DNA from: a bacterium
Lineage (GTDB): Bacteria; Zhuqueibacterota; Zhuqueibacteria; Residuimicrobiales; Krinioviventaceae
DNA: 64,000 bases
Assembly: GCA_963674595.2 (NCBI GenBank)
Contig: CAXXFV010000006.1
Span: forward strand, 128,001-192,000
Direction of reading: 5' to 3'
Shown: positions 11,181 through 20,091 of the stretch, piece by piece
How positions within the stretch are numbered: the first letter of the stretch is position 1
How the letters are laid out: the number at the start of each line of letters is the position of its first letter
Notes under the pieces: generated by a model
Seen by the model: only the letters and a program-made list of their open reading frames with translations
The model's database searches: none
Told to the model about the DNA's origin: nothing
Made by a program: the position numbers and the translations under genes

Positions 11181-11227
11181 AGTCTATATTTTGTATAATT
11201 TTTTTTATTAACGTCAAGTTGTTGTGA
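11181..11227. promoter_or_regulatory. Putative tandem NrdR boxes
   Basis: AGTCTATATTTTGTAT (11181) and the weaker CGTCAAGTTGTTGTGA (11212) resemble acaCwAtATaTwGtgt; 31 bp apart and next to the nrdJ -35. Confidence 0.5.
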
Positions 11228-11232
11228 TTTTA

Positions 11233-11248
11233 TGTGATTTAGCTCACA
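11233..11248. promoter_or_regulatory. CRP-type binding site
   Basis: TGTGA-TTTAGC-TCACA, a perfect TGTGA-N6-TCACA core. Confidence 0.7.
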
Positions 11249-11299
11249 TGTTTATAATTTTTGTTATATGTCTGAGATCGTTAAAAATGGAAAATGTTC

Positions 11300-11328
11300 T
11301 TGACTACTTTTTCATTTATGTTTATATT
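11300..11328 (+). promoter_or_regulatory. sigma70-type promoter upstream of the rib leader or small transcript
   Basis: TTGACT-17 bp-TATATT. Confidence 0.6.
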
Positions 11329-11397
11329 GACTCGTTAATTGATTGTCAACAATGTTTTACAATTATGTAACAGTCAATAATTCAGTATAAATATTTT

Positions 11398-11428
11398 AGC
11401 CCTGAAAATTGCTTTCAGGGCTGTTTTG
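11398..11428 (+). terminator. Intrinsic terminator or attenuator hairpin upstream of ribD
   Basis: AGCCCTGAAA-ATTGC-TTTCAGGGCT followed by GTTTTG. Confidence 0.7.
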
Positions 11429-11487
11429 TGTTAAACTTGCTTTCATATTACAAAATGTCTGGTATAATATACTAAGGTGTAATTCCT

Positions 11488-12606
11488 TTGTCTGATCAAA
11501 AGGAGCAGGATGTTGCCTTTATAAAAAAGGCATTATCTCTTGCAAAAAAAGGCCAGGGGACTGTTAGTCCGAACCCGATGGTTGGCGCGATTGTCGTTAA
11601 GAACGGTGAGGTCGTTGGAGAGAATTATCACAGAAATTTTGGTGGTCCTCATGCAGAAGTTTTAGCTTTAGAGGAAGCTGGTGATCTATCTGTTGGCGCC
11701 ACTTTATATGTTACATTAGAACCATGTGCGCATCATGGAAAGACCGGACCTTGTGTAGAAGCAATATATGATGCCGGTATTTCCCGCGTGGTTGTTGGTT
11801 GTATCGATCCAAATCCCATCGTTAACGGAAAAGGAATAAAATTTTTACGCTCAAAGGGAATATCCGTTACCCAGGATGTGTTATGTGAATCGTGTCAGGA
11901 ATTAAACCAGAGTTATATAAAGTATATAACCACATCCATACCGCTTATCACATTAAAACTGGCTCAAACACTTGATGGCCGCATCGCTACCAGCACGGGC
12001 CATTCAAAGTGGATAACAACTGAGGAGTCAAGAGCTCAGGCACATAAATTACGTGCTCAGCATGATGCAATTCTCGTTGGGATAAGGACAGTATTGTCCG
12101 ATGATCCTAATTTAACCGTTAGAATGGCCAAAGGAATTACGCCAAAAAGAGTTGTTTTGGATAGTAAATTGCGTGTTCCTCTGGACGCCAAAATTTTATC
12201 TGACGAGTTTGTCGGCCGCACCATACTTATTACGACCGAAGCTGCTTCCAAGGAAAAGATAGCACGCATCAAGGAAAAAGGAGCAATCGTACTGAGCCTG
12301 GAGTCTGATGATAGAGGTTGGGTCCTGCAGAACATCCTGTGGAAAAAATTGGGCGAGTTAGGTATTACCAGTGTGCTTGTTGAAGGCGGCAGTGTTGTTC
12401 AGACAGAATGTTTAAAAAATGGTTTTGCCGATCAATTAGTTATTTTTATTGCCACCAAATTACTTGGCAGCGGTATTGATGCCATAGGTGATTTGGGAAT
12501 AAGAAATATTAATTCGGCTATTGAACTGACTGATGTTTCGATTAAAAAAATCCAATCTGATTTTATGATCTCCGGGAAACTGAGTCTTATAAACAGTGGA
12601 GTTTAA
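11488..12606 (+). CDS. ribD: Bifunctional diaminohydroxyphosphoribosylaminopyrimidine deaminase/reductase
   Basis: PNPMVG, HAE, TLEPCAHHGKTGPC, LDGRIA, VEGG motifs. Confidence 0.96.
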   Translation: MSDQKEQDVAFIKKALSLAKKGQGTVSPNPMVGAIVVKNGEVVGENYHRNFGGPHAEVLALEEAGDLSVGATLYVTLEPCAHHGKTGPCVEAIYDAGISRVVVGCIDPNPIVNGKGIKFLRSKGISVTQDVLCESCQELNQSYIKYITTSIPLITLKLAQTLDGRIATSTGHSKWITTEESRAQAHKLRAQHDAILVGIRTVLSDDPNLTVRMAKGITPKRVVLDSKLRVPLDAKILSDEFVGRTILITTEAASKEKIARIKEKGAIVLSLESDDRGWVLQNILWKKLGELGITSVLVEGGSVVQTECLKNGFADQLVIFIATKLLGSGIDAIGDLGIRNINSAIELTDVSIKKIQSDFMISGKLSLINSGV

Positions 12607-12611
12607 GCAGC

Positions 12612-13253
12612 ATGTTTACCGGTCTTGTCGAAGAAGTTGGGCAAATTAACAGCATTACAAAAAGTGGTTCAGGTGCACAGTTTTCAATATCCGCACATTC
12701 AATATTGCAGGATATTAAAAAAGGTGACAGTATAGCTGTTGATGGAATCTGCCTGACAGTAGTGGATTATACCTCGAATCGTTTTACCGTTGATGCTGTT
12801 GGCGAAACCCTAAACAAGACAACACTTTCCACAATTAAAATTAAGGACCATGTCAATTTAGAACGTGCCATGAAAGCAGAAAGCCGCTTTGGCGGTCATT
12901 TTGTACAAGGTCATGTTGATGGTATTGGAAAAGTTTCCAGTTTACAGAAGAGATATCCCGGTTACTGGCTGGATATCTCCGCTGCCCCGGAAATTGTTGA
13001 TCTGTGTGTTAAGAAAGGTTCCATAACAATCAACGGAATCAGTTTAACTATTGCCGACCTGAAAGAACAGCAAATATCCATTGCTGTTATACCCCATACA
13101 TTTAGTGAAACAAGTTTGAAATATTTATCCAAAGGCAGTTCTGTTAATATTGAGGCAGATGTTTTAGGGAAATATGTACAGAAATTTTTACATCCTTATA
13201 ATAATAAAAATAATGATATTAGTATTGAAAAATTAAATAGTTTAGGTTTTTAA
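12612..13253 (+). CDS. ribE: Riboflavin synthase (alpha chain)
   Basis: MFTGLVEE start, DSIAVDGICLTV, GGHFVQGHVDG. Confidence 0.96.
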   Translation: MFTGLVEEVGQINSITKSGSGAQFSISAHSILQDIKKGDSIAVDGICLTVVDYTSNRFTVDAVGETLNKTTLSTIKIKDHVNLERAMKAESRFGGHFVQGHVDGIGKVSSLQKRYPGYWLDISAAPEIVDLCVKKGSITINGISLTIADLKEQQISIAVIPHTFSETSLKYLSKGSSVNIEADVLGKYVQKFLHPYNNKNNDISIEKLNSLGF

Positions 13254-13273
13254 GAATTTAGTGAGAAAAAAAG

Positions 13274-14533
13274 TTGAGCTCAAAATATAAATTTGATACA
13301 ATACCCGACGCAGTAAATGATTTGCGTTTGGGTAAAATGATTATAGTCATTGATGATGAAGACCGTGAAAACGAAGGTGATTTTATCATGCTTGCCGATA
13401 AAATTACGCCTGAAAGTGTAAATTTTATGGCAAAATATGGCCGGGGACTTATTTGTGTGCCTTTAACTCGTCAACGTTTGGAAGAATTAAATATTTATCA
13501 AATGGTTGTAGATAATTCTGCCCTGCTGGGAACCGCTTTTTCAGTATCTGTTGATTATAAAATCGGTGTCAGTACGGGAATTTCTGCAGCAGATCGCGCT
13601 AAAACAATTAAAGGGCTGGTAGATCCCGATGCAAAGGGATCTGATTTTGCTCGTCCCGGGCATGTTTTTCCCATCGCTGCCGCTGAAGGTGGTGTGTTGA
13701 GAAGGGCAGGGCATACGGAAACTGTTGTTGATTTGGCAAAACTTGCCGGTAGTGCTCATGGCGGTGTTTTATGCGAAATTATGGATGATGATGGTGAAAT
13801 GGCCCGCCTTCCTGCTTTGCAAAAAGTTGCTAAAAAATTTGATATGAAAATTATCACGGTTCGTGATTTGATCGAATATCGTCATAAAAATGAGATACTG
13901 GTTGAAAAAGTTGCAAAAGCTGATTTTCCAACAATATTTGGGCATTTTCAGTTACATTCTTATAAAAGCCAGTTGGATCCTGCTTCACACATGGCGATTA
14001 TAAAAGGTGATATAACCACAGATGAGCCTGTTTTGGTTCGAGTGCATTCACAATGTTTAACCGGTGACATTTTTGGTTCATTAAGATGCGATTGTGGGGA
14101 ACAACTTCACTATGCCCTGAGTATGATAGAAAGGGAAGGACGTGGTGTTGTTTTATATATGCGCCAGGAAGGCCGGGGAATTGGCCTTGCTAATAAAATA
14201 AAAGCCTATTCTCTTCAGGACCACGGAAGAGATACTGTGGAAGCAAATGAGGAACTTGGCTTTAAGGCGGATTTGCGGGAATATGGTATTGGTGCTCAGA
14301 TTTTATCTGATTTAGGTATTAAAAAAATACGCCTGCTTACCAATAATCCCAAAAAAATCGTTGGACTCGAAGGTTATGGTTTGGAAATTGTTGAACGATT
14401 ACCGGTTGAAATAAAACCGAATGAAATTAATGTTAACTATTTAGCAACTAAACGTGATAAATTAGGACATCTCATTTTGCAAAATGATCTAAATGAGAAT
14501 TCAATGTTTATTGATAAAATTGAAGAAAAATAG
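13274..14533 (+). CDS. ribBA: Bifunctional DHBP synthase / GTP cyclohydrolase II
   Basis: [44 protein letters not shown]. Confidence 0.97.
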   Translation: MSSKYKFDTIPDAVNDLRLGKMIIVIDDEDRENEGDFIMLADKITPESVNFMAKYGRGLICVPLTRQRLEELNIYQMVVDNSALLGTAFSVSVDYKIGVSTGISAADRAKTIKGLVDPDAKGSDFARPGHVFPIAAAEGGVLRRAGHTETVVDLAKLAGSAHGGVLCEIMDDDGEMARLPALQKVAKKFDMKIITVRDLIEYRHKNEILVEKVAKADFPTIFGHFQLHSYKSQLDPASHMAIIKGDITTDEPVLVRVHSQCLTGDIFGSLRCDCGEQLHYALSMIEREGRGVVLYMRQEGRGIGLANKIKAYSLQDHGRDTVEANEELGFKADLREYGIGAQILSDLGIKKIRLLTNNPKKIVGLEGYGLEIVERLPVEIKPNEINVNYLATKRDKLGHLILQNDLNENSMFIDKIEEK

Positions 14534-14542
14534 GTGTAGGAT

Positions 14543-15010
14543 ATGCCAAACGTATTTGAAGGTCAACTAACAGCTAAAAATAAAAAATTTGCCATCATAG
14601 TCAGCCGTTTTAATGAACTTATTTGTAGAAAGCTGCTTGAAGGATCATTGGACTGTCTTGCAAGGCACGGCGCTGATATGAATAACGTTGATATTGCATG
14701 GGTACCGGGTTCATTTGAAATTCCTGTTGCTGCCCAGCGATTTGCAAAAACAAAATCCTATGATGCCATTATTTGTTTAGGTGCTGTTATCCGGGGTGCA
14801 ACCCCTCACTTTGAGTATATTTCAGCCGAAGTGACCAAAGGCGTTGCCCAGGTTGGAATGGAATTTCAGGTTCCTGTGTCCTATGGTATTATAACACCGG
14901 ATACTCTTGAGCAGGCTCTTGAGAGGGCCGGCACAAAATCCGGTAATAAAGGATGGGATGCTGCGTTAGGTGCTATAGAAATGGCAGATTTGTTTACTAA
15001 AATCAAATAA
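14543..15010 (+). CDS. ribH: 6,7-dimethyl-8-ribityllumazine synthase
   Basis: [29 protein letters not shown]. Confidence 0.97.
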   Translation: MPNVFEGQLTAKNKKFAIIVSRFNELICRKLLEGSLDCLARHGADMNNVDIAWVPGSFEIPVAAQRFAKTKSYDAIICLGAVIRGATPHFEYISAEVTKGVAQVGMEFQVPVSYGIITPDTLEQALERAGTKSGNKGWDAALGAIEMADLFTKIK

Positions 15011-15042
15011 GACTATTCATTAATCTTATCAAAGACCGGTTT

Positions 15043-17208
15043 ATGAAAAAAGCTTTCCTTTTATTCGGGTTTTGTTTCTTATTGAATATACAGCAGGGTT
15101 TGGCGGATGTAGGCGACTGGAAGACATTTACAAGCTCTAAAGATATCAGACAAATTGTTGTTGTTGACTCTTTTTTGTGGTGCGCCACTAACGGTGGTGT
15201 TGTACGCTTGAACGCAACAGATAATTCTATTGTCAAGTATACAAACACTGAGGGCCTGACTGATAATAATGTTGTTGCCATTGAAAAAGATAATATGGAA
15301 AACATTTGGGCGGCCATGTCTAACGGTGATGTTCATGTAATTGATCCGGTTTCTGATGATGTGAGAACAATTACAGATTATCATAATAACACCATAACAG
15401 ACATGTTTGCATTGGGCGACTCTGTGTTTATAGCCCTTGATCTTGGATTAAGCCTCTACGACAAAAAACGATGGGAAGTTAAAGAAACCTATCGCAGTAT
15501 CGGTTCTGTAAATTCGGTTTTTATTGATGGATTGGATATTTGGGCGGCTACGGAAACCGGTATTAAAAAAGCCCGTCTTGATTTTCCGAATTTAATGGCT
15601 CCGGCTGCGTGGACCAGTTTTACTGTCCAGCATGGCTTGCCGGACAATAGTGTTTTGACCATTACCCGGTTTAATGATAAAATAATTGCCGGTACGGCAG
15701 CAGGTGTCGTTGTTTATGAAGATGGTGTTTGGAATTCAGTCGCGCTGCAAGGGACCTATATTTGTGATTTTGCATTTTATAACGGCGATTTAATTGCCAC
15801 CTCAAGATGGGGAGTATACAAAACATCCGACCTTTATTCCTGGACCGGAATCGGATCCGGAATTCTTAATATTGCAGATATTGATGTTGCAGGTGAGACA
15901 ATCTGGGTAGGTCATAACAATGACGCAGGGTTATCGAAATGGGATGACCTGAAAAAGCAATGGATCTCTGTCATACCTGACGGACCCAGTGATAATAAAT
16001 TTAGTGCCTTATTATTCGATGCTGATGGAGATTTATGGACGGCTTCAAATAGCGGCGGAATATCCTACTATAACGGAGCCAAGTGGCAGGTTTTTTCCAC
16101 AGCCAATGGAAAATTAACCAGAGATGATTGGAGAGACCTGGAGCTTGATCCATTTAACCGAATATGGGCCGGCAGTTGGGGCGGCGGTGTTGTTGTTTTT
16201 GAAAAAGTAACTCAGGATTCTATCTCCATTTCACAAAGTGTGAATGATAACCTCACAGGAATTAGTAGTAATCCGAATTATATTGTTGTCACTGATCTTT
16301 TACTGGATAATAATAATTTAATGTGGATTGTAAACAGTCAGGCCTCTAATAAACGCGTTCTGGCTGTTACTGATTTTGATCAGTGGAATTATTTTTCCGT
16401 TTTAGATGGAATTAATTCCGATCATGTTTCCGTAATAGATGTTGACGCCTCCGGACGAAAATGGATCGGCACTGAGTCAATCGGGCTTCGTGTTTTGGAT
16501 GATAATAATACGCCTTTCGATAAATCAGATGATAATTTGAACCAGGGTTTATCGACAAGTGATGGTTTGGAAAGTAATGACATAACATCATTGGCAGGGG
16601 ATTATGATAATATAATGTGGATTGGAACACCGCAGGGATTAAGTTATTGGTTTGATGGAACGGTTACACCTCAATATAATGTTATAAATGATGATATTAC
16701 CTGTGTTAAAGTGGATGTTCGCAATAACAAATGGGTTGGTACAAATGGCGGATTGAGTATGTTGTCCGCTGATGGTTATACGTGGACACACTATTCCACT
16801 TCCAACAGCCCTATTGTTTCAGATAATATTGTTTGTTTCGCGTTTAATGAAAATAATGGGCAGGTATTCATCGGCACTACCAATGGTTTATCCAGTTTGG
16901 AGACTCCATATACGAAACCATCTGAAAGTTTGGATAATCTTGTCGGATATCCAAATCCTTTTATTTTAGACGGATCATTAGGAAAATTTTATATAGATCA
17001 ATTGGCAAAAAATTCCACGGTAAGGATTTACACGCCGGAGGGTTATTTGGTTAAAAATATTCCTTCCTCCCAAGTTTTAGGGGCCAGGGCTATTTGGGAT
17101 GGCACAAATGATAGCGGAGAATTGGTTGCCAGTGGTGTTTATGTTTATGTGGTCGTTGCAGATGGCGGTCTTGCTAAAACCGGGAAAGTTGCTGTCATTA
17201 AACATTAA
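15043..17208 (+). CDS. Secreted double beta-propeller protein with FlgD/T9SS-like C-terminal Ig domain (PorZ-like)
   Basis: Signal peptide, repeated GL.dN.V..I..D....WIGT..GL units, DNNTPFDKSDD insert, YPNPF...WDGTNDSGELVASGVY C-terminus. Confidence 0.72.
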   Translation: MKKAFLLFGFCFLLNIQQGLADVGDWKTFTSSKDIRQIVVVDSFLWCATNGGVVRLNATDNSIVKYTNTEGLTDNNVVAIEKDNMENIWAAMSNGDVHVIDPVSDDVRTITDYHNNTITDMFALGDSVFIALDLGLSLYDKKRWEVKETYRSIGSVNSVFIDGLDIWAATETGIKKARLDFPNLMAPAAWTSFTVQHGLPDNSVLTITRFNDKIIAGTAAGVVVYEDGVWNSVALQGTYICDFAFYNGDLIATSRWGVYKTSDLYSWTGIGSGILNIADIDVAGETIWVGHNNDAGLSKWDDLKKQWISVIPDGPSDNKFSALLFDADGDLWTASNSGGISYYNGAKWQVFSTANGKLTRDDWRDLELDPFNRIWAGSWGGGVVVFEKVTQDSISISQSVNDNLTGISSNPNYIVVTDLLLDNNNLMWIVNSQASNKRVLAVTDFDQWNYFSVLDGINSDHVSVIDVDASGRKWIGTESIGLRVLDDNNTPFDKSDDNLNQGLSTSDGLESNDITSLAGDYDNIMWIGTPQGLSYWFDGTVTPQYNVINDDITCVKVDVRNNKWVGTNGGLSMLSADGYTWTHYSTSNSPIVSDNIVCFAFNENNGQVFIGTTNGLSSLETPYTKPSESLDNLVGYPNPFILDGSLGKFYIDQLAKNSTVRIYTPEGYLVKNIPSSQVLGARAIWDGTNDSGELVASGVYVYVVVADGGLAKTGKVAVIKH

Positions 17209-17311
17209 TCTATCCTTTCATGTAATCAACGAACAAAATTACTCTTGTTTATCTTGAGGAAATTATTATATTGTATCGGTATTTTATAATTATATCCTGT
17301 CAAATATTATT

Positions 17312-19027
17312 ATGATAAAAGAACTGTACGCTAAAAATTTTGCCTTAATCGACGAGATTCGTGTCTCTTTTCAGTCCGGTCTTAATATTATCACCGGTGA
17401 AACAGGCGCCGGAAAATCGATCCTGATGGGTGCATTAAATGCTCTGCTTGGTGACCGAATCGGAAAAGACATTATTCGACACGATGCAGATAAAGCAATT
17501 GTTGAAGGGATTTTCGAACTTGCTCAAAATCAGCAAGTTAATACTTTTTTGCATGAAAATGATATTGAAGCTGATGATTCTTTATTAATAATAAGACGGG
17601 AAGTTTTAGAAAATGGCCGTACCCGTTGTTTTGTTAACGACAGCCCGGTTACATTGACTGTGCTGGCATCACTTGGTGATTTGCTTGTTGATCTGCACGG
17701 TCAGCATGAACATCAACTTTTGCTCAAAGTTGATAAACACATTGAATATCTTGATGCTTTCGGGCACAATGATTCTTTATTATCTCAACAAGATGAGATT
17801 TTTACAAATTTTGTTTCGGCTATCAACAAACTACATAATTTGCTGCAGCATCGCCATGAAATAGTTCAAACAAAAGACATCCATAAATTTCAGTTAAAAG
17901 AGATTAAAGCTGTTTCACCATTGCCTAATGAAGATCAGGAACTTGAAGATAGAGAACATGTTTTACGCAATGCAGAAGTATTATATGAAACCTGTAACAG
18001 TTTATTTCAAAAACTGTATGAAAATGATGGCTCTGTAATTGAAATTCTCGATTCTTCTTTACATTCTTTAAAAAATATGGAAACAATCGACAAAAATTTT
18101 AACTCTCTTGTTACAGAATGCGAAAATGCCAAAATTTTAATCGACGATCTTTCAAACGCACTTCAGGAATATAGCAGTAATCTCACTTTTGATCCTCAGG
18201 AGATTGAAGAGTTGAGAAACCGGCTCGCTGCCTTAAACGGTCTTAAAAAGAAATATGGTGGCACGATAGATGCAGTTATAGAGCACCAGCATAAATTAGA
18301 GGAACTTTTATCGGTATCTGAAAACGTTGATGCAAGTATTGACAAACTGTCCGGAGAGATTGATTTATTGCGTAATAAATTGAAAAATATATCGTTAAGG
18401 CTCTCTGAAAAAAGACAAGAAACCGGTTTGTTTTTATCTGAAAAAGTGGCTGATGAATTGAAAAATTTGGGAATGCCAAATGTGAAATACACTGTTTCAC
18501 AAAGGTACAAAGAAACGGATTCGGATCGTCATATCGATATTGATGGAAAAAAAATTAAAGTAACTTTTAAAGGTATTGATCAAGTAGAGTTTTTTATTTC
18601 AACAAATAGCGGTGAAAAGTTGAAACCACTTGCACAAGTTGTATCCGGTGGTGAAGTTTCAAGAATAATGCTGGCACTTAAAACTTTACTGGCAGAAGCA
18701 GACCAGGTTCCGGTCCTTGTCTTTGACGAAATTGATAATGGAATTTCCGGTAGAATTGCTCAATCTGTTGGTTATAGTTTGAAAAAGCTGGCGCATTCGC
18801 ACCAGGTTATTTGTATCACCCATTTGCCACAAATTGCAAGTATGGCTGACCATCATTATCTTGTTGAAAAACTGGAGGGAGAACGTGTTCACACCTCCAT
18901 ACGAAAATTAGATGATGAACAACGTATTAATCAAATAGCCAGTTTGTTAAGTGGGCATACTATAACAGATTCCCATTTAAACAGTGCAAAGGACCTGTTA
19001 CAAGCGGCAAATGAGTTTAATAATTAA
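17312..19027 (+). CDS. recN: DNA repair protein RecN
   Basis: TGETGAGKS, HGQHEHQ, SGGEVSRIMLA, VFDEID, ITHLPQIA. Confidence 0.97.
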   Translation: MIKELYAKNFALIDEIRVSFQSGLNIITGETGAGKSILMGALNALLGDRIGKDIIRHDADKAIVEGIFELAQNQQVNTFLHENDIEADDSLLIIRREVLENGRTRCFVNDSPVTLTVLASLGDLLVDLHGQHEHQLLLKVDKHIEYLDAFGHNDSLLSQQDEIFTNFVSAINKLHNLLQHRHEIVQTKDIHKFQLKEIKAVSPLPNEDQELEDREHVLRNAEVLYETCNSLFQKLYENDGSVIEILDSSLHSLKNMETIDKNFNSLVTECENAKILIDDLSNALQEYSSNLTFDPQEIEELRNRLAALNGLKKKYGGTIDAVIEHQHKLEELLSVSENVDASIDKLSGEIDLLRNKLKNISLRLSEKRQETGLFLSEKVADELKNLGMPNVKYTVSQRYKETDSDRHIDIDGKKIKVTFKGIDQVEFFISTNSGEKLKPLAQVVSGGEVSRIMLALKTLLAEADQVPVLVFDEIDNGISGRIAQSVGYSLKKLAHSHQVICITHLPQIASMADHHYLVEKLEGERVHTSIRKLDDEQRINQIASLLSGHTITDSHLNSAKDLLQAANEFNN

Positions 19028-19138
19028 TTTAATAAAATTTTTTTATAGACAATTTTGGTTTATTTTTATACTTTATAAATAGCAATCGTTTAAACAATTA
19101 AACTTGTGTGTGGACAAGTTTTCAAGTGTGAGGGTATC

Positions 19139-20074
19139 ATGTTACAACAAAAACGTTCTCTAGTTTCAATGACTATTGCGCTAGTCATTATTATGGTTGG
19201 ATTGTTACTCGTCTGTGCTCAGCAACGCAGCAATGTTGCACCCGGTGAAGACCTTTCGATGGACGATGAACAATTTCGACAGGAACTACTTGACATGCTG
19301 GACCTGGTTGATGAACCTCAGGATACGACATCATTTGATGAATTGGGTTTAACAGATGATAATCAGTCGGATGAGGTGTTGTCATTATTAGTTCCGGATC
19401 GAGAAGAAACACCAGAGGTTATTGACACAACACCAAGAGCAAGTGCATCTACAATGGGTCTTTCGGAAGAAATGTTTGTAAATGTTCAGAATGATATAAG
19501 TCGTCTGGAAAATTTGCTTGAAGAAAGAAGTGCTTCGGTTGACAGCCTGAAAAGGATCATCGAAAACAGAAATGTACGTCTTCAAAAAATTGAAAACCAG
19601 GTAACACAAAACAGAGAGCATCATATCGGAATGCCTTCAAAAACGACTGTATCACAACGTCCGAAAACAACGATAACACAAAAATCTACCACGAACAGTT
19701 CTTCAAGTCCGTTTATGGCAGAATATAAAAGTGCCCGTTCCTATTTTGAACGATTCGAATATCAAAATGCCATTCAGGAATTTAAAGATTTATTAAGCAG
19801 ATATCCGAATCACAAAATGGCAGATAATTGTCAATATTGGATAGGTGAGTGTTATTATGGAATGAAAGACTATAACACGGCTGTTATTGAATTACAAAAG
19901 GTATTTGCATATTCTGAAACTGATAAACATGATGATGCACAACTTATGATTGCCTTGTCTTATGTAAAATCCGGACAAAAAGACCGGGCCCAGGTAGAAT
20001 TTGAAAATTTTCTTAACAATTATTCAGGAAGTGAATATACCGCCATCGCACAAAAGTATCATAAAAATATCTAG
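19139..20074 (+). CDS. Exported coiled-coil + TPR protein (CpoB/YbgF-like C-terminus)
   Basis: Hydrophobic N-terminus with a possible lipobox Cys, central coiled coil, ADNCQYWIGECYY TPR. Confidence 0.65.
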   Translation: MLQQKRSLVSMTIALVIIMVGLLLVCAQQRSNVAPGEDLSMDDEQFRQELLDMLDLVDEPQDTTSFDELGLTDDNQSDEVLSLLVPDREETPEVIDTTPRASASTMGLSEEMFVNVQNDISRLENLLEERSASVDSLKRIIENRNVRLQKIENQVTQNREHHIGMPSKTTVSQRPKTTITQKSTTNSSSSPFMAEYKSARSYFERFEYQNAIQEFKDLLSRYPNHKMADNCQYWIGECYYGMKDYNTAVIELQKVFAYSETDKHDDAQLMIALSYVKSGQKDRAQVEFENFLNNYSGSEYTAIAQKYHKNI

Positions 20075-20091
20075 ACCATTTTTCAAAGAGC

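Noticed and set aside
11330-11487. FMN riboswitch upstream of ribD
   Set aside because: No AGGGCGGGGTGAAATTCCC.ACCGGCGG-like aptamer; the region is too short and AT-rich.
17230-17242. LexA-like box CGAACAAAATTAC upstream of recN
   Set aside because: Only a half match to GAAC-N4-GTTC, and the SOS box of this lineage is unknown.
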